DNA from: Gordius albopunctatus
Taxonomy: Eukaryota
Assembly (NCBI GenBank): GCA_964276515.1
Contig: OZ193909.1
Coordinates: forward strand, 7,998,001 to 8,062,000
Direction: 5' to 3'
Length of the DNA stretch: 64,000 nt
Part shown: piece after piece, positions 1 through 14,000 of the stretch
How the letters are laid out: each line of letters starts with the position of its first letter
Position numbering within the stretch: position 1 is the stretch's first letter
Notes under the pieces: generated by a model
Databases searched by the model: none
Seen by the model: the letters and a program-made list of their open reading frames with translations, nothing else
What the model was told of the DNA's origin: nothing
Program-made: the position numbers and the translations under genes

Positions 1-750
1 ACAAATCGGCCAAGATAAGGGAAAAGAAAAGTCACTAAGTCGGAGTCCTTAAAATAGTAAATAACGAGAAGGGTCAGACATTATTCAAGCAGAAGAAAGT
101 GGTGGAAAGGGGATTTCAAGGAACTTATGAATTTGCAAATGACAAAGATTTCTTTCCTGCTATTGAGACAAACATACAGCGTTTCTCTATTTGTTTGAAC
201 ATCTTGACTCCCCTCCCCCACACTAGTAGGAGAGAAAAGAGTGATCAATCAAAACTTTTAAAAATGAACGCTCTTTCCCTCTCCTTCATTCGCGTGCAAC
301 TTACTCCCTCCCTGACCATTTACATGCCTTCGCTACTCTTACATTAATATGCCGCGTACACCGAGATGGCAGTGGATCATAAAGGGGGCGACAGGCTTAT
401 GTACAAATCGGCCAAGATAAGGGAAAAGAAAAGTCACTAAGTCGGAGTCCTTAAAATAGTAAATAACGAGAAGGGTCAGACATTATTCAAGCCGAAGAAA
501 GTGGTGGAAAGGGGATTTCAAGGAACTTATGAATTTGCAAATGACAAAGATTTCTTTCCTGCTATTGAGACAAACATACAGCGTTTCTCTATTTGTTTGA
601 ACATCTTGACTCCCCTCCCCCACACTAGTAGGAGAGAAAAGAGTGATCAATCAAAACTTTTAAAAATGAACGCTCTTTCACTCTCCTTCATTCGCGTGCA
701 ACTTACTCCCTCCCTGACCATTTACATGCCTTCGCTACTCTTACATTAAT
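1..750 (+). repeat. Near-identical tandem duplication, 402-bp period, of a unit containing an RTE LINE fragment
   Basis: 1-348 recurs at 403-750 with about 2 substitutions seen, which explains the two identical 82-aa ORFs. 349-530 translates to an RTE linker-like segment (LMYKSAKIREKK...IVNNEKGQTL). Confidence 0.9.
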
Positions 751-759
751 GTTTACTTA

Positions 760-1705
760 TTGAAAGGATCAAAATGAGGTGGAAATATCGGCTAACCAAT
801 TCGGATTTGTGGCCGGCGAATCCACAAGCGACTCAATCTTGACACTAAAACAAATAATAGATTAGTATAGTGAAAAAAGAGACAAACATATGGTTTTATC
901 GACTTGGAGATGACAGTCCCTCGCCATTTAATATGATGGTGCTTAAGATAACAAAATATACCTGGTACGTCTCACAAAAAATATTTATGCAGCCTCAAAC
1001 TCTTAGTTTACAATGCCAGTTGAGGACTCTAAACCTTATCGGGTTGAAATTGAATTACATCAAGGATCTGCTCTAAGTCATCTTTTATTCAATATAATTA
1101 TGGATACGATAACCAGAGACATTCAAAAGCCATCTCCTTAGTATGCTATATGCAGATGATATGGTACTATGCGAAGAGACAAAGATGAAAGTATTCGAAG
1201 AAGTCAAAATGGTAAAAGCTTAGCTCGATATGACTTAAAGGTCAATAATTGGAAAACAGTATACAGATGAACCTTACAGGCAGCTTATAGTTTTATGATC
1301 ATTCAAAGTACCAAAAAGTAGACAGTTTACTCGGCTCGATGCTATATCAAGAGGGAGGTTACGCAAAGAAGTGAATGAACGGATCCAAAAATGGTGGCTT
1401 AGATGGCGAATTATATCCGGTGTCATGTGCAACAAGAAAATTGCATATGGTTGAAGGACAAAGCTTAAAAATCCATCGTAAGACTAAGAAAATGGGCTAA
1501 GGTGGTATGGTCATATACTAAGAAGGGAGATGAATGATGTTAATCGTAAAATATTTGACATGGATGACCCGGGGAAAAGAGGAAGAGGACGACCTCGTAT
1601 CACATGTAAAAGTCAAGTAGACAAAGTTTAAAAAGATATATCTAAACATAGAGCTTGCGATAAATTTATCGAAACAAACGGGACCTAATACATGATAAAG
1701 AAGTA
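760..1705 (+). mobile_element. Degenerate RTE-clade LINE fragment (RT and 3' end)
   Basis: Broken frames encode NQFGFVAG, MLYADDMVLCEE, LRWYGHILRR and GKRGRGRPR. Colinear with the better copy at 28262-29172. Confidence 0.85.
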
Positions 1706-2021
1706 TGAAGATTTGAATAAGGCTTAGGAAAAAACAACTTTTACAATCAACTCCCCCTCATTCTGTCTCTCTTTGAATTTTCTTGGGAGACCTACATTTT
1801 TAGGTGTGCTGTACCAACACTATTATATAAAATAAAATGTTGAAATATTTTTAAATCTTACATTTAAATAAATTACTAATTTTTGAACATCTATCATTAA
1901 GACTTTTTATTATAAATTAAATATTTTTTCACATATTTCTTTCAATTTATATTCATTTAATTTTGAAGTACAATGCATATTATGCGATATCAAAGAGTCA
2001 CATACAATTCTGAGTTATATT

Positions 2022-5000
2022 TCAACATTTCACGTAACATTTGCGAACTCTTGGCTGGGGTAATGGGTAGGTTCTACAAAAATTGTGTTCAGCCTTTTTC
2101 ATGTTGGGTTGATATATGCATGATATTATGGCCCTTTCATAGCCTATTATCAAATTGTAAATATAATTTAGTTGTCTTCAAACGTATATTTGAAAAGTTA
2201 TAAATACCTTTAAATTTTTTATTATGCATGTCCATAAATTTAAAATGCTGAATTATTTCCATGGGCGTAGCCAAGATTGGAATTTAAAGGGCTATAATAA
2301 TTTCAGATGGGGAAAAATTATAAATTTATGCTAAAGTATTCCCTGGATTTGAGGGGGGAGAGCTGCATGCCCTGCACGGGCCGCCCAAAGCCCTGCTGGT
2401 AAGGGAAAAATTTTTCGTTACAAAAAATAATTAGTAAACATTTTAAAGGGGCAAAATGCTTTTTGGGGGCTATTAGTAGCCCTGAAAATTTTTGTATTTT
2501 GCATATAAATTTTTTTGGTTGCATATTTTAAATTAATTTAAGTTTTATCTTATAAAGGGATATTTGTTTTATAAAACCGTCTAATGATTAAATTTTTATT
2601 TGCGATTTAACATGTTAAATTATTGATTTTTTAATAAAATAGTGGTCGGGGATAGTCGGAGAGGGGCTCATTTTTCATTGTGAATACAAAATTTAGAAAA
2701 CAAAAAATTTGTTTAATAATTTAACATAATGTAATTTGGAATATAAATAGTTTATGATTATACATAAATAAACTATTAAAAGATATTATCCATTGCAGAA
2801 TATGTCTTTTATGGGGTCTTAATTCAGATTGTCATCTTAACCCTTTTTATTTGTATTATTTGCATTCTCTATGTTTTAATAACAAACAATTTTTTTTTAT
2901 TAATTTGAGGTAGCATACACTAATAATAAGTGAATACGTAAGGGTTAATTAACCCCCGAAAGGGGCTATAGAAGCCCTGGGTGTTATTAAACTTTTTAGA
3001 ATTTTTGCATTTTTTAAACATAATTTGTGAGAAAACTATTTTATGGCTATTTAGTCCCCGGTCTCCCCTAATAACAAGCTAATGCATTTTATATTTAGAT
3101 GGTGAAATAATTTTTAAAAATATAATTTTTCAAAAATTTTATTTGAAAAATCGGGGCGGGCTCGAGCTCGGGCCAATAATAAAAAATCTTTCGTGCTCGG
3201 GCAAAATAAAAATTGGGAAGTCGGGCTAAGGCCGGGCTCGAGCAGAAGAAATTTCATTTTGCAGGGCTCTACCTTGGCTACGTCCATGATTACCGCTCTT
3301 AACCTTAAAGCAATTTTTTTTTAAATTCCCAATCAGTTGACGTCAGTTAAAGAAGTGATGTTTGCAATTGTGTGAAAAAACCGTCCCTGCCCTTCCTTGG
3401 CTATGCCCTAGAATAAATTACCAATTCCACATTTGGCATCACAGCTGCTCCAAGCAATATGTTTCCATCTGTAAAATTTGATGTGAGACTGGCTTATGTC
3501 ATCAACTATTCGAGGTAAGTTTTGAGATATGTTGCTAAGTTTTAGTATATTATTATCTCGTTTATTTTTATTTGGTATCTTGATGCTAAGGGGTTTGTAA
3601 AAATATTGTAACGATATTTTGTTTTTTTGCGTATTGTCCATTGTTGCTAGCTAAATAAAATGGAAATCAATTGGATGCCAAACAACAATATAAAATAACA
3701 TATTTTATTCAAGCAAAAGAACATAAGATTTTTAGATGTTATATATGATAAAAAAACCTATTAACTTTAAAAAGGAACAGAAGTATTTAACAAATTTTGT
3801 ATATAACAACCAAGTTAAAATATTACAATTTAAAACGATTAGTATAGTTGAAATATGGTTGCTAAAAATTGAAATTTAGTATACTTATATCTTAAATAAA
3901 CAATATAGTATTCATAATCTTTTAAGTAATTATTTTTGGGTTGTTTAGTAAAGCAAAACATATAATTGTTTTGAAACAGTTATAATATTAGGTCATGTTT
4001 AAAAAATTAAATGTTTTCAATGTTAAAAATAACAACATTATAGTTTTTGGCCTAATAGGTTTGAACTGCTTTATACACTAATCGCCACAAAATTTACGAT
4101 TTTAGATAATTATCCTATTTAATTTGGCGTTTTAAAATCAGCTACAATATAATTAATTATAATTCATGATAGGTTGCCCAACATTTTAAATGCAATCCGG
4201 CGTTACAATGTGAACATTTTAGGCGAGTGGCCTTCTTACAAACTTTACAACGCCTCTGAGAACAGGGTTCTTTTTGATGCTTTGATACACGTTTCTTTTG
4301 GGTTGAATACCATATTTCCTGAAATATGACATCACAATCGTTCTTCGAAAGTTGCATAATGACTGATAATCATTGTTTAAGTTGTAAATTTGTCATGCAT
4401 TTTGGCAGGCCGCATCTATTCCAACCAAATGCTAACAAATGAAAATACCATTTTTTACCCCTGTAAGAAATTCTTGTAGATTGTACGTTCTGATCAAATC
4501 GATCAACCCCACCAATATATTTATTGCACATTTGTACCATAAATGGGCAATCGACTTGAATTTTTGATTTTACCTTATTTATTGAACCTATTCTGGATAC
4601 TTTACTTATTGGATTGCTACCATGACAATTTGATAGAATGTTGACAATACAATTGTCATTCCATTGAATCGCAACTATATTTGAAGTTATTTTTTTAACA
4701 AAATGGCCTCGGCCTTTTTTTAAACACTTTCGGATCTGCCAGAGGACATTTAATTCGATTGACCCTGACGGTTCCCGTAGCGCCGATGTTTTTTTGAAAG
4801 AGCATTTAATAATTTTGTGCTTGTGAAGTAATTATCGAAATAAATATTATAAGGAGAATATTCATTTGGTAATTTATCCAGAAGATTCATTATGACAGCT
4901 CCCCCGAAACCGAAAGTTTTTGCTGTGGTAAAATACATGATGAATCCTGATAAAGGTCAAAACTAATAAGGTATCCCGACCTTGTTGCGGCCGTCCAGAG

Positions 5001-8000
5001 TTTATATCCAAAGCGCCTTGGCTTTCCTTTTATAAATTGTTTCGTAGTATGGCGCCCATAGTAGGGAACGATGGTTTCATCCATTAAAATATTTGAAGTT
5101 TTTACATATTTAAAATTATTCCTAAATCGTTTATCTAAAAGATCAAAGAACTGTCGAACTTTGGCAAATTTGTCGACCGAGTCTAAATTTGAATTGTCGC
5201 ATAGATGTAAATACTTTGTTATTTCTTTCAATCTGTTGCGGCGCATTCCATATGAAACCATTTGATTGTAAGAATCGGATTTAATTCCCAAAACATTTTA
5301 ATATTTTTCGGAGTCAAATATCCAGTAAGAAGTAAGATGGCAATATAAATTTTAAGCTCCTCCTTTGTAAAGTTCAAATTTATATTGTGCTGTTTAGCGT
5401 ATAGATTTTTCATAAAAATTTGTTCGAAATAATCTTCTGTGATTGGTAAATTCATGACATCGACGTCAGTCCTATCATCTTCTTTGCGACCACACGGAGA
5501 AAATACCTTTTCATCATCTTGCCAATTTAAATTATCCTTAATGGATGTACCTTCTAGGTCTGAAGAACGGATGACTTCAATAGAAGAGGTAAGCATTGAT
5601 CTTGGTAGATGATCCAAATCAGCCTCAATTTCATCGCCACTTTCTTGGTCAGTGTCACCATCGTTGGTTGGAGGAAATATGATAACTTGTTCCACATTTA
5701 AATTAGAATATTCTACTTCTTCTAAAAGGTGATTTAATGTTCTAAATCAAATATTTTTAAAAATTTATAATAAAATTAAATTATATTACAGACACAAAAT
5801 CAAACGTCTTTTTTGACTTTTTTTTGTTTTTACTGTTAATAAAATTAAGGAATGAGGACCAAGACTTAATAAAAGAAGGCTTACATTTAATTGAGTAAAA
5901 TATAGCTTAGTTGCTAACAAACAACGTTAAAAACGCCAAAAACTACGTAAATAACTTATTGTTCAAAAATGCCCTTCCCAATGTCACTATTATGTGACGT
6001 TATATTTAAAACTTAAAAATAACTATGATATTAATAAAATATATTTATATCAAAATATTAAGCAAGAATCATTATTCAGGAACATGCAAAAATATATTTT
6101 GCACTCACGTTCGATTTTCCATTAAATTGAATAATTTGGAAGAGTTCAAAAAATAAAAAAATTGCGAACTTTGGAATGGTATAATTTTTAAACGATGGAT
6201 TCGGAAAGGAAAGACGTTGTGTGAGCTTATTTGGCAACATCTCTTTTGTTAAATTCAATTTAAAAAATTAATTTTGAATAAATACTTTTTGAGTAATCAT
6301 CAATCAAATTGGTGTAACTTAAAAGTTACATTGGTCCCTGTCGGGTAATAAAAAATTAAATGTTGCATTTTTGGCCTTCCCAATGTCACTTTTAGGTGAC
6401 ACCCCTCTATCTACCCGGGGTCATTATTTTTCAAAAAAATTTCAGTTGATTTGTTGTTACTATACCCTAGTGACCCTAGAAACTTATTTTTTTATAAAAT
6501 TTAACCGTGTAAAAATTAGTGGTCCCTGTCGGGTTAATGATTATAAAACATTGCTTTAAATTGCTAATTTTCAAGTTAATAAAAGGCGAATAAAAAAATC
6601 GGCTTACATAGAGTGTTATATTTTGGGTCAAAGGTCCATGACATTTTAAAATGACTTTTCCATTGGAAAGTGATTTATAATAGAATACATCATTCTCTAA
6701 TTTTACGATTTTGAAATAGTTGTCCACGAAAATCTTTGAGTGAGAGACGATTTTGAAGGCTCCTTCACTTTTCAAAGCTGTATATAAATAACATAGTGGA
6801 TAATATTATTCTTTCAATGATATTATATATGATTATATAAAAAAATTTAAAGAATACCCAAAAGATTTTTTGATCTTTCCTTCTTTATCATAATATTCAT
6901 GGCACCTAACGGCAAAATATCGAATATCTGATATCCTAATGTTTGAAAACAAAACAATTTAAAATAAGTTGTATTAAAAAATTCATCATCAAGTTGTTGC
7001 TATTTATTAAAAATTTAATTTCCTAGCTTGATCACTTATTTTTTTTAAATTGGCTCAAGAATATGGTAAAATTTTCAATGGACGACTTGTCAAAAGTTCT
7101 TTGAATTCAAAATCGCATGCAAAAATGTTAAAAATTTCGGATTAATGGTAAATTTCTCAATTACCTTTGAGTTTAGATTCAATACTCAACTGCTTGCGAT
7201 ATTTTAGACAATCACGACCGTTACCACCACAGTTTCCGCAGGAGTCTTTGCGCAAGCCTGACCCTACTACCCCATCACAACCGACTGCCTTTTCTCATGT
7301 TTTTTAAAATGATAAGTCGTACATAAATTGTATATGAAATCTATATGTATATATTACAATATAGACATTTCTTTGATGCTCTCTATCTTGAGTTAGCTAC
7401 GTAGATAATAATTAATTTGTGATCGATAAATATAACATTTTTCTTAAATGGTAAACTGACTGTCAAAGTTTTATTTACCCAAATCTTATTTAAATTTTTA
7501 ATTTGTTCAAAATTTATAAGGGTATTTATAAGATTTCCCATGCTGTAAATAAACTTATCAAAGTCAATTACATATTAACTCTTATAACGCATTAAAATCT
7601 GTTAATTCCATACCTTTAATATAAAATTTATTTGAGCACTTAGCCATGAAAGGATGTTATGTAGACGGGTGGCTTCACTAACTAAACTATTTATTATATG
7701 GATTTTATTTTACTTTAGGTGTTGACTCTTCGAAATAAAAAATGTGAAAATTCTAAAACAATGATAAGCCTTTTTATTATTTAAAAATATATTATCTCGT
7801 AAAATAATAGTTTCAGATATTATGTACTAAGTGTTCATTTATTGTAAAAAAAATTATTAAAGGAGGTGAAAGTAATTATCTAATGATTGTCCTTGAAATA
7901 ATTAAATCAATGATCATAAATTTGAATCAGAGTTCTACGAAGATTCGCAGCCCAAACCCAATGTGTGATAAATATTAAGTGCATGTCTTAACTAGATTTC

Positions 8001-11000
8001 TATAGATTTTTGCAGTTAAGGATATACATTATTCAATCTTACTTTTTTATTTTGCAGAGTAGCTTTCGTGAGACGGACGTTTTGCCCATTTTTAAATTTA
8101 TTTAGTTATAAATTATTAATTTTAGCAGATATCCGACTTAAATGTAGATTAACTTATTATATCGTATACAAATATGATTTATTTCTACCAGGCATTCCCC
8201 CGCTAGACACAAGTTAACTTCGTTTGTTGCGTATTTTTGTGGGGTGGTATTAGTTTTTTTCCAACATTTAGTCCCGTCCGAAGCCTTTATAATATAGGGA
8301 TACACAGTTTCCGGTTGCTTGCCATACCCTCTACGTAAATCAGCATGGGGAAATGCAATTTTAAAATCGCAAATCAATTCGCAAGGGTCTAATTGTACCG
8401 AAGAACTTCCATTTCTATGGGTATATCGGATCGGGGACCGTTTCAACTTATCAAAGCAACGGCTATTTTCATACTTATTGGCCAACAATCCACTCGCAGC
8501 GAAGCTCGAAGACCTAGCGACTGTTTGATCTAGTGATAAAGAATTAACTTGGAGGTAGTCTTTATCAAGGTTATATTTCCGAGACGAGTAGCAGTCTATC
8601 ATGTTTTGATGCAATTCGTAGATGTTACAAACCTTGTATTGGATGTTTCCTTTTGACTTAGCCCGTAGGCTGCAATCTTGTTGCCTATGAAAGATGGCCG
8701 AAAAATGAGACTTAATATAAATCACAGATTTGTCAAAAAAGTTAGTTATAATCCAGATTAAGGGTGTCGTTGTATAAAAAATTATTTGTTTCTCCTGAAA
8801 CTTTTATGCCACTAAACTTACTAATCAAGTTATCAATTTATCCCTAAAAACTGAAATTAATATCATTGCAATATTTATTGATAAAATTAACTAATAATTA
8901 CTCCTCGGATTATAATTTAAATATTCTTTAAAAAGCAATTATAACATCTCATCCAACTAACCCTTGCCTACAAACTTTGTCTCTATGCATGAGCCCGGTT
9001 TCACAGGGATTCGCTTCTTGATTAGCTGGTATTGGATATTTTTTAGAACATGCACTCCAAGAAGACCAAGTCCAACCATCTTTATTTTCCAAGGATAAAG
9101 AATCCGGCATTTTTGGGTGGTCTCGTTTAGAATGTCTAGTTAGGATAGCGTTATAAGCCGCCTGATCGCGTTCTGATTAATATAATAAAAATCTTATTTA
9201 AATGGTCTTTAGAAAAATCGAAGTTACTTTATTATAACAAGGCAACACTAACACTACTAATTCTAACATACATAGTGACATGGGCGTAGCCAAGGGGGAG
9301 GGCGGCAGGAAGGGGCGGCCGCCACCCTCTAAATCCAAGAATTAGTTAAAATTTATTAAAATTATGGCTAAAATTTGAAAAAATAATCATTTTGCCCCTC
9401 CTTAAGCCATTATTGCCCCCCTCTAATCCCAATGCTGGCTACACCCACGCATAGTGAGTATAAATATGAGAGAAATAAATTTTCCAGTAAACAACCGAAG
9501 TTTTATGAGATCTTCACCGTTATTTACCGCGTAAATTGTTGGGTACATTCTCAAACGAAATCCTATTATCTATCTGCTCAAAAGCCTTTTCTTTATAACT
9601 TGCGAGATGATTGCTGGTTTGCGTGGGTTTATAATATTCGAACAATTCAATAGATTTTAAACTGTATTTGTTAGATGTCCACAAATTAGGGAGGCATTCG
9701 CCCTGTTGACACCACTTCAAAAAAAATTAAATATATGTTCATAGGAGTTTAGGATAATACCTTTCGATGAGCACACTTGGTCCCTGACAATGGGGGAAAT
9801 TTTTTGGTTTTGCAGATTGCTGGATTAAAAATGTGATTACACCACAATCTTTCGCATGATGTGACGTCTTTAAGCTGCGTATGTAGTTTGATTTGGAATA
9901 TGATAAATATTACATATAAATATAAAGCTAACTTTTCGGTATAGTAATTATATTGAACCTCGGGCTTTGAAAAGCCACTTTTTGTTTTATAATACTTTTT
10001 AATGAGTTAACTAATTTTTACGTAATTATTATAAATTAAAAAACAAATACCCCCATTATATTCGAGCCCCTATGCTTAAAAATTCTTGATACTAAAATAT
10101 TTTTAAAAGAGATTGATTTTGTTTAGGTTCCAGGCAAATTCAAATATTTTCGTATCGTATAAGCAGAATAATAGGAAAGGCAATATAAACACCTCTAAAA
10201 ATATTGTTAATAAAAATTATTAATATTGTCATTATTATTATATAAGATAAGAGTAAAAAGGTTAGCCGTTTTGGTGATCGATGATGTTAAGAAAATGAAT
10301 AAAAAATAAATTATATCACAATTCATGGGCGTAGCCAGGGTTTGAAGAGGAAGCAATAATGATTTAGGGAGGGGCGAAATGATAATTTTATGAAATTTTA
10401 GACATACCAATATTAAATTTTATCGTATTTTAGGATTTAAAGGGGCAACCGTCCCTCCCTGCCCCCCCCCGGCTACTTTTATTTGCCGTTTTAAAAATAA
10501 ATACACAAAAGTAAAATGCCTGATGCGATGTAAAATCTATGCGGGTTTTACCATCCTACAATATTCATATCCTTTTCCGAATTCCAATTGGCATTGATGA
10601 TCCAAATCGTAGCGTAGCCCCAATTCTTTCAACGACATGGTAGGATAATATTGTGGTGATTCGGTTAGGACATCGTTCAAACAATGAAAAGTGCTGCAAA
10701 CAGTGAAATATTGCTCAATAAAATATCTGAATGTACGGAAAGAGTGGTAAATTACAAATATCTAAACAATTTCATTTTCATTCCAGTAGTGGCCATGACC
10801 CTTGATTTTAAGTCTCGAATGTAGCCAATTCCTTTACCAAATATCAAAATTTATTACATCAATTACGCACGACCCCAAAGAATTTTTAAATTTAGCGAAA
10901 AATCACCACGAAAATTGTAAAATCCAATTTCAATCCATGGCTCTATGCTTGCTTATTAATCTAATATATTTTAGCATATGTATCATACATAATTATTTGG

Positions 11001-14000
11001 AAATAAACTTCTATTACTTAGCTAAAAATATGGTAAAAATAGAATGAATTTTTATTTTATGACAAAATTAAGCCTATTTATTTGCGTACTTAGAAAGTTC
11101 GTTCATTTTTGTTTTGCTGCATTCGGACCAGTGGAAATTTGCAAAACTGGCGCTCAAAAATGGTGACATGACTGAGTTCGTTGAAAAACATCTGTTGTTA
11201 ACCCCATCGTGATCTAACCCAAAACTATTACACAATTAAGGGATTTTGACAAATTTTATACATTTTAAGTGCTGATTATAAGATAATAGCTTTGCAAACA
11301 ATTTGGTTATTTGAATTTATAATGAAGTTATTTAATTTTTTATTGTTTAAATTAATGTTGCTGTCATTTATGAAATATTGGTATATTACTTATCCATGTA
11401 AACTAATTAAATTAGAGATAACTAAAAATAAACAAATTGTGTACAGATGTCCTAGTTCGTGGGCTATGACAAAGGCGGTAGAAAAGCCACTATCTTTATT
11501 GACAGTGCATTTAAAGGGGGCATCGCAAAGGCTTGATAAAGGAGCTAGCCCGGCAGGCCCAAAATCATCCCTAGTTAAATAGACGGCGGCATCGTATTGC
11601 GCTCGTCTGCCATATTTGAGGGCGTAAATCGAATTAATTTTCATACATATGTCCTGAACACTTTCCCGTGGTTTAGATTTGTGGATGAGATAACCCTGTA
11701 GTAGGAATTGAGGAATATACATAAGATTATATCAAGTTTATAGTTTTTTACACCTCATGTTGCAACTTTTTATAAATACTAAAAACTTTAAATGCTGAGG
11801 ATGAGGGCTTTTGAAATTTGAGGAGCAACGCTAAAATTTAGTAACAAGAGTTATATTAGATAGAAGTGTTACTAAATACTCCGCTCTTTAAATTTTCTAA
11901 GATATCGTGGGTAGCGAGGATTTATGTGAGGGAGGTAAGGGCTCCTGGGCTATAACTATTGGGCGAACCATAATAGAAACCTTATTATTCGAGATCTTAT
12001 GAAACAATAGACTAGATAGACTGTTCTACCTGATTTGGAAGGCTTGAAATGATAATTTCATATCATTTGTTAATGAGAAAAGAAAACATACGACAATAAT
12101 AAGATTTTCCGTTTTATATAAAAGTATGTGAGATTAAAAGAAATTTGATTTATTTTTTTGTGAAAACCAATTAATAAAATGCCCTTTCTAGATTATATTT
12201 TGAGAAGCGTTCAATTAATTTGAAATACTAAAAAATCATGAATCTAAGGTATCTTACCAACGATTCTTCAAGAAGCAGTATTTCTCGCACCACGACATTT
12301 ATCCTAAATTGCATACCTTCGAATCGGAAAATTTGATTGACCTGTCATAAAATTGCATAAAATCAATCAAAGTTTAATCTACCGCCATTAAAATAAAAAC
12401 TTTTAAAATAATAAAATAAGTTTTAAATCAATGAAAGAAAGTCATGACTTTAAGTTTATTACTATCGATTATAAATTTGAGTTTCCGTGCCTACTCTTGA
12501 ATCCAATTATAATATTTTGATATTAACGATGATAAAGTAAATCATTTTTAGTTTTAAATAGTTCAATTTTAATTATTGACTAATCCCTTAATTAAGGCTT
12601 TAATGTTTACCATCTTCATGAGAAACATAAGGTAGGAATGCAAAATTCGTTCTCCATGAAATTGTTGTACTGATAAATCCGCGACAATGAGGATCTCTAA
12701 ATACTTATGAATTTCTAATAAACTACGTTTGTGTTTTGATCGTTTAGGCCGCACTAAAGTTTCAATCGATTTATCTAAAATTAATTTGTATTTAAATTTA
12801 CAAAACAATTGGTATATAAAAAATGATAGCTATTATTTCATAAATAATTAAGTTATGATTTGAAATTAAAATCGATTTTTAAATGATTTTAAGTATAATT
12901 TTTAACCGAATTTAATTTAGTTTATAAAAAGGCAATTTGCTGAAAAAACGCAATAATAGTTTTAAAAAAAGAAATCGAATAGCCTTAAAAACACTTCGAA
13001 ATACTGCCTAAAAATTTCCCACTTTTTGCCGTTCAAAACTCTAAAACTATATTACGTATTAAAGAAGCTAAAATTAGATAACATTAAAGGCAAATTAATG
13101 GTTACATATAAGATAATTAACTGGTCATGTTAAATTTATATTTAATCACAAAAATAAGTTTAAAAGGTAGGATAGATAACGGGATTGATTTAAAAATAGT
13201 TTAAGATCTTTAATCATTTTTTAATGCACACTGATCAATCTGTTGTTAAAGAGCTTCATGACAAAATCAATTAAAAAATCTCTCCCCTTACGATTTTAAT
13301 AATAATTTAAAAAGGATTTCAAATTCATACTTATTATTAATTATTACTTAGCAAAATTTATTATTTATTATAAAGCCATTTCTTTCTGTTGAGCGATAAA
13401 AATCTGATTGACCGTATCCGATCTTTGCATATTATTATATATTGCTCACTTGTTAAGGGTGTATGTGTTCTTGGTTTGTCATTAAAAAACTTCCATTCGT
13501 TTAAAAAATCTTTTTCACAATATTTCAACATTTTTTCCTATGTTAAATATAGAATTAATAAATAAGGAATAAAAAATATTTACAATTTCAAATATTTGTA
13601 AAGGATCTTGGGCTTCCAATATTAATCGATCAAATCCAGACTCTTGTTCATGATTTTTAATAACAGTTATTAACATTTCCTTGATATATGAGCAATTAAC
13701 TAAAACCAAATAGATAAATAATTACTATTATAACATTATTAATTTATTTTTATTGCTCAGGTTTCTTTCAGAAAAGTTGTTGTTAAAGGGCAAGGGTTAG
13801 AGCCCTGCACGGGCCGCCCGAGGCCCGACCAGGCCTGAGCCTGGCCCTAAAGAATTGTTTGGTAAAAATTTAATAAAACAATCGGGTATTGGGCTTGGGT
13901 CAGGCTTGACGGGGCAGCCTAATACGAGGCCTGAGTCAATTAAACCCAAGTCAACTAACCATTTATATTATGATTTATATTAGAAACTTGCACGGATCGG

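Noticed and set aside
99..749. Two identical 82-aa ORFs suggesting a duplicated small gene
   Set aside because: They start at GTG, straddle an RTE fragment and junction DNA, and are a by-product of the 402-bp duplication.
5228..6607. In-frame ADAMTS-piggyBac fusion protein like CSB-PGBD3
   Set aside because: Donor phase 0 does not match the transposase frame at the candidate acceptors, and the transposase has several frameshifts.
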